A stretch of DNA of 64,000 nt from Bacteroidales bacterium. GTDB taxonomy: Bacteria > Bacteroidota > Bacteroidia > Bacteroidales > UBA10428. Positions within the stretch are counted from its first letter, which is position 1; each line of letters begins with the position of its first letter. The notes under the pieces were generated by a model. The model worked only from the letters and a program-made list of their open reading frames with translations, was not told the origin of the DNA and ran no database searches. The position numbers were made by a program, and so were the translations under genes. The stretch spans positions 3,195 through 67,194 of the forward strand of contig JAWOHT010000028.1 of the NCBI GenBank assembly GCA_046485045.1, read 5' to 3'. Shown here one piece after another: positions 59,920-64,000 of the stretch.

Positions 59920-62637
59920 TTATCTTAAAGCAGCCTGGGCAGCAGCCAACCTTGCGATTGGTATACGGAAAGGAGAACAGCTTACGTAGGTAAGTCCTGT
60001 TTTATAACAGAACTCAACAGAAGCAGGGTCGCCTCCCTGTTCACCGCAAATACCCACTTTGAGGTCAGAGCGTTGGCCACGTCCTTTTTCCACAGCCATT
60101 TTAATCAGCTGTCCGACACCATCCTGGTCAATGGTCTGGAATGGATCGGCAGACAATAATTTATTATCGAGATAATCATGAAGAAATCCTCCTGTATCAT
60201 CGCGGCTGAAACCAAAGGTCATTTGTGTAAGGTCGTTGGTTCCAAAAGAGAAGAAATCAGCAGATTTGGCCATACGGTCAGCCAGTAAACAAGCACGGGG
60301 AATCTCTATCATAGTTCCGTATTTGTATTTAATTTCCTTAATTCCAAATTTAGCACACACTTCAGCATATACTTTGTCTGTAATTACTTTGGTAAAATCA
60401 AGTTCAGATACATCACAAGTAACAGGAACCATTATTTCCGGCTGTGGATCTTTACCTTCTTTTTTCAGTTCAGCTGCCGCCTCAAATATTGAACGAATCT
60501 GCATCTCTGAAACTTCGGGATAGGTAACGCCCAGACGAACACCACGGTGTCCCATCATAGGATTAGATTCATGTAAAGCTTCTCCGCGTTTTGCAATTGC
60601 TTCAGTTGAAATACCAAGAGCTTTTGCCAGTTCGGCCTGTTTGTCGGCCTTTTGTGGCACAAACTCGTGCAAAGGCGGATCAAGCAGACGAAATGTAACC
60701 GGCAGGCCATTCATCGCTTCCAGTGTAGCTTTAATGTCTTTTTTCACATAAACAGACAATTCATCAAGAGCCTGACGACGTTCTTCAACAGTAGCACTGA
60801 GTATCATTTTACGAAGTAAAAACAGTGGCTGGTCAGAACCCTCTCCGTAAAACATATGTTCAGTACGGAAAAGTCCAATACCTTCAGCGCCATAATCGCG
60901 GGCTATCTTAGCATCGGCAGGGGTATCAGCATTGGTACGCACACCCATTTTGCGATATTTATCAACTATTTTCATAAAATCCTTGAAACGGGGATTTTCC
61001 GTAGCATCCATCAGGTCAATAGAACCAATGTAAACATTACCCTTAGTACCGTTAAGTGTAACCGTATCACCTTCTTTGATCACAATGTCAGAACCAGATA
61101 CTTTTGCTTTTTTTCCTTTTGCATCCACATGAAGCTGTCCGGCGCCTACAATACAGCATTTGCCCCAACCGCGGGCTACCAGGGCTGCATGTGAAGTCAT
61201 ACCGCCACGGGCAGTAAGAATACCTTCGGCTGCACGCATGCCTTCAACATCTTCAGGATTTGTTTCTTCACGCAGAAGAATTACTTTTTCGCCTTTACGA
61301 TGCCATGCTACAGCATCTTCGGCAGTAAAAACTATTTTTCCGACAGCAGCACCCGGCCCTGCAGGTAAACCTTTTACAACAGGGGTCTCCTTCTTTTCGG
61401 CAGCAGGATCGCAAATCGGGTGAAGTAGTTCGTCAAGCTGAGCAGGATCTACACGCATTACAGCCTTCTTTTCGTCAATCAAGCCTTCATGCAACATATC
61501 CATAGCCATATTGAGAGCGGCTGTACCAGTACGTTTACCGGCACGGCATTGCAACATATATAATATATCCTCCTGAATGGTAAATTCAATATCCAACATA
61601 TCTTTGAAAGATTTTTCAAGGGTATTACGTATTTCAACCAGTTCAGTATATGTCTCAGGCATGGCTTCCTGCATGCTCTTCAAATGATTATTCTGTTCAT
61701 TTTTAGTATCATTGTTAAGCGGACTTGGTGTGCGGATACCAGCCACTACATCTTCTCCCTGAGCATTAACAAGCCATTCACCATAGAACAGATTTTCACC
61801 TGTTGCCGGATTACGTGTAAATGCCACCCCGGTAGCTGAACTATCACCCATATTGCCAAATACCATTGCCTGTACGTTTACCGCGGTTCCCCATTCATCA
61901 GGTATACCTTCGATTCGGCGATAAGAAATAGCTTTTTTTCCATTCCAGCTTTTGAATACTGCCTTAATACTGCCTTCAAGCTGTAGTTTAGCATCATCCG
62001 GAAATGATTGTCCGAGTGATTCCCTGACACGTTTTTTAAATTCTTCAGCCAGGTATTTGAGGTCATCGGCACTCAGATCGGTATCTGATGAAAAGCCTTT
62101 TTTATGCTTGAACTCATCAAGCATCTCATCAAGTTGTTTACGAATTCCTTTACCATCAGACGGTTCAAGTCCTTCGGATTTTTCCATGACCACATCGGCA
62201 TACATCATGATGAGGCGACGGTAAGAATCGTATACAAAACGAGGATTGTTGGTTTTTTTGATAAATCCGGGAATAGTAGCAGAACACAGACCAATATTTA
62301 ATACAGTATCCATCATTCCCGGCATCGAACTGCGGGCGCCTGAACGACATGAGACAAGCAAAGCATTTTCAGCATCACCGTATTTCATGCCCATTGCCTC
62401 TTCAGTCTTTTTCATAGCTTCCCAAACTTCCGGCATTAATTCTGCAGGCAGCTGGCAGTTGTTAGCATAATACTCGGTGCATACTTCTGTTGTAATGGTG
62501 AAACCGGCAGGTACCGGGAGACCTAACAGACACATTTCAGCAAGATTTGCTCCTTTACCGCCAAGCAGGTTTTTCATATCAGCTCTTCCTTCAGCAGCTT
62601 TATTACCAAATGAATAAACACGTTTAACTTTTGACAT
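59920..62637 (-). CDS. ppdK: pyruvate, phosphate dikinase
   Basis: LGGKGANLAEM, RSGA..SMPGMMDT, GEDVVAG.RTP, GGMTSHAA (phospho-His), RTEHMF, SFGTNDLTQ and GICGE. TACCTTTG -7 box at 62706-62713. Confidence 0.98.
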   Translation of the reverse strand: MSKVKRVYSFGNKAAEGRADMKNLLGGKGANLAEMCLLGLPVPAGFTITTEVCTEYYANNCQLPAELMPEVWEAMKKTEEAMGMKYGDAENALLVSCRSGARSSMPGMMDTVLNIGLCSATIPGFIKKTNNPRFVYDSYRRLIMMYADVVMEKSEGLEPSDGKGIRKQLDEMLDEFKHKKGFSSDTDLSADDLKYLAEEFKKRVRESLGQSFPDDAKLQLEGSIKAVFKSWNGKKAISYRRIEGIPDEWGTAVNVQAMVFGNMGDSSATGVAFTRNPATGENLFYGEWLVNAQGEDVVAGIRTPSPLNNDTKNEQNNHLKSMQEAMPETYTELVEIRNTLEKSFKDMLDIEFTIQEDILYMLQCRAGKRTGTAALNMAMDMLHEGLIDEKKAVMRVDPAQLDELLHPICDPAAEKKETPVVKGLPAGPGAAVGKIVFTAEDAVAWHRKGEKVILLREETNPEDVEGMRAAEGILTARGGMTSHAALVARGWGKCCIVGAGQLHVDAKGKKAKVSGSDIVIKEGDTVTLNGTKGNVYIGSIDLMDATENPRFKDFMKIVDKYRKMGVRTNADTPADAKIARDYGAEGIGLFRTEHMFYGEGSDQPLFLLRKMILSATVEERRQALDELSVYVKKDIKATLEAMNGLPVTFRLLDPPLHEFVPQKADKQAELAKALGISTEAIAKRGEALHESNPMMGHRGVRLGVTYPEVSEMQIRSIFEAAAELKKEGKDPQPEIMVPVTCDVSELDFTKVITDKVYAEVCAKFGIKEIKYKYGTMIEIPRACLLADRMAKSADFFSFGTNDLTQMTFGFSRDDTGGFLHDYLDNKLLSADPFQTIDQDGVGQLIKMAVEKGRGQRSDLKVGICGEQGGDPASVEFCYKTGLTYVSCSPFRIPIARLAAAQAALR

Positions 62638-62867
62638 AATAATTACTTTTTATTGTACAATGAATTGTTATTTAATATTTTAATAAGCATATTTTTCAAA
62701 AAGCACAAAGGTATTTAAAAAAATCCAAAAAGTTATTAAGAATAACAAGATTTTTAACCGGGTATCAGGTTATGATTTTGAGCCACATGATCAACCAGAA
62801 TTTCTTAATAGAGGGCTCCAGCCGTAAAACTGTATTCAGGATGCTGCTTTATCTTCGATGACAAAGC

Positions 62868-63779
62868 CTAATAATTAACCCCTGCCCGGGGATGATACCT
62901 CAGAATGCTGTTTCGCAGATATTCCCGGTCAAGGTGTGTATATATTTCGGTTGTTATTATTGATTCATGACCGAGCATTTCCTGCACAGCCCGAAGGTCT
63001 GCACCACCATCAATGAGATGGGTGGCAAAAGAATGTCTGAAAGTATGCGGACTTATATTCTTCTTAATGCCTGCTTTCTTTGCAAGCTCCTTTACAATGG
63101 TGAATATCATCACCCTGGTCAGCTTATTGCCCCTGCGGTTCAAAAAAACAATATCTTCGGCTTCTTTCGATAACTGTAAATGATTTCTGTATCTTTCAAA
63201 ATAGTAAGTAATTTCGTCTATTGCCTTTCGGCCTATTGGTATCAGTCTTTCTTTGCGGCCTTTTCCGGTAACGCGTATATATTCATCGTTTATATAAAGA
63301 TTTGAAACTTTAAGGTTTACCAGTTCGCTAACCCTTAAACCACAACCATAAATCGTTTCAATAATTGCTTTGTTCCTGTGTCCTTCCGGCTTACTCAGGT
63401 CAATAACTGCAACCATTGCGTCTATTTCCTGAACTGTAAGCACCTCGGGCAGTTTGCGGCCTATTTTTGGCGATTCGATCAAATCGGTCGGGTCGGTTTG
63501 GATTACATCTTCAAGCAGTAAAAACGAATAAAACGATTTTAGCCCTGAGATAACACGCGACTGCGACCTGGAACCCAGACCCAGCTCATTTAAATAGTTT
63601 ATAAAATCCTGAAGGTCATTATATGTAAGATTATCCGGATTGACATCTTCACCCTTTAACCTGCAAAATGAAATCAACTTTAAAACATCCGAAACATATG
63701 CTTCGACAGAGTTGTCTGTAAGAGATTTCTCAAGCTTCAGAAACAATTCATAATCTTTTAAATAATTTGGTTGTTTCAA
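62868..63779 (-). CDS. xerD: site-specific tyrosine recombinase XerD
   Basis: LP.VL, YG.GLRVSEL, GKG.KER, SPHTFRHSFATHL, DLR.VQEMLGH.SI.TTEIYTH. Confidence 0.9.
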   Translation of the reverse strand: MKQPNYLKDYELFLKLEKSLTDNSVEAYVSDVLKLISFCRLKGEDVNPDNLTYNDLQDFINYLNELGLGSRSQSRVISGLKSFYSFLLLEDVIQTDPTDLIESPKIGRKLPEVLTVQEIDAMVAVIDLSKPEGHRNKAIIETIYGCGLRVSELVNLKVSNLYINDEYIRVTGKGRKERLIPIGRKAIDEITYYFERYRNHLQLSKEAEDIVFLNRRGNKLTRVMIFTIVKELAKKAGIKKNISPHTFRHSFATHLIDGGADLRAVQEMLGHESIITTEIYTHLDREYLRNSILRYHPRAGVNY

Positions 63780-63827
63780 CTGCTAAATTATTAATGAAAC
63801 ATCTTTTTTGAATAAGGTTAGAATTTC

Positions 63828-63835
63828 TATCTTTG
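63828..63835 (+). promoter_or_regulatory. sigma-A promoter -7 box of pyk
   Basis: TATCTTTG with TTTG at 63807-63810. Confidence 0.6.
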
Positions 63836-63895
63836 CAAACTTTTTAATACATCAGGTTACCTGGCAACAAGTATCTGATTAAGATATATGCAAAT

Positions 63896-64000
63896 ATGAT
63901 AAAAAAAACAAAAATAGTAGCAACTGTTTCTGACCTTAGATGCGACACAAAGTTTATTGAAAAATTATTTCGGGCAGGCATGAATGTTGTAAGGCTGAAC
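63896..64000 (+). CDS. pyk: pyruvate kinase, 5' end (runs off the window end)
   Basis: Hand-translated MIKKTKIVATVSDLRCDTKFIEKLFRAGMNVVRLN, which carries the KTKIVAT...AGMNVVRLN signature. Confidence 0.9.
   Translation, partial: MIKKTKIVATVSDLRCDTKFIEKLFRAGMNVVRLN

Noticed and set aside
62868-63779. Prophage or ICE integrase
   Set aside because: Length and motifs fit chromosomal XerD, and there are no att repeats, tRNA, phage genes or compositional shift.
1-64000. CRISPR arrays, tRNA/rRNA genes, riboswitches and IS transposases
   Set aside because: I found no repeat-spacer periodicity, cloverleaf or TTCGA arms, known aptamer consensus, or DDE/HUH ORFs by eye. A covariance-model scan would be needed to exclude divergent RNAs.

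Overview
AT-rich (roughly 38-40% GC, estimated by eye) chromosomal segment from a member of the Bacteroidota, most likely an anaerobic Bacteroidales/Marinilabiliales-type organism. This rests on TAnnTTTG -7 promoter boxes, the near absence of Shine-Dalgarno motifs, rbfA-lolE synteny, and Bacteroidales-type pyk and small-protein families. Most of the window is housekeeping: pgi, gpsA, ssb, rbfA, trpS, uvrB, creD, nfo, araA, ruvC, greA, maeB, murB, pabB, tilS, plsY, pckA, ppdK, xerD and the 5' end of pyk. I found no rRNA, tRNA, CRISPR array, transposase or prophage. The most notable observations are: (1) a C4 zinc-finger gene divergent from a tail-less SSB, separated by six CG/TG-centred motifs phased at about 10.4 bp, a candidate uncharacterised regulatory module; (2) a three-gene operon of an ABCG/White-type transporter with a long N-terminal extension, a lipoprotein and a secreted protein, divergent from a REC-pseudo-PP2C gene; (3) a 125-bp MITE-like element whose core matches the enterobacterial ERIC core at 22/24 nt; (4) a candidate sigma-54-driven sRNA of about 65 nt; (5) an altered class III cyclase fused to an HD domain; (6) a duplicated palindromic operator in the wHTH-creD locus; (7) a terminator directly in front of greA; and (8) two small membrane proteins missed by the ORF track. 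All product calls come from motif recognition only; no database searches were run.
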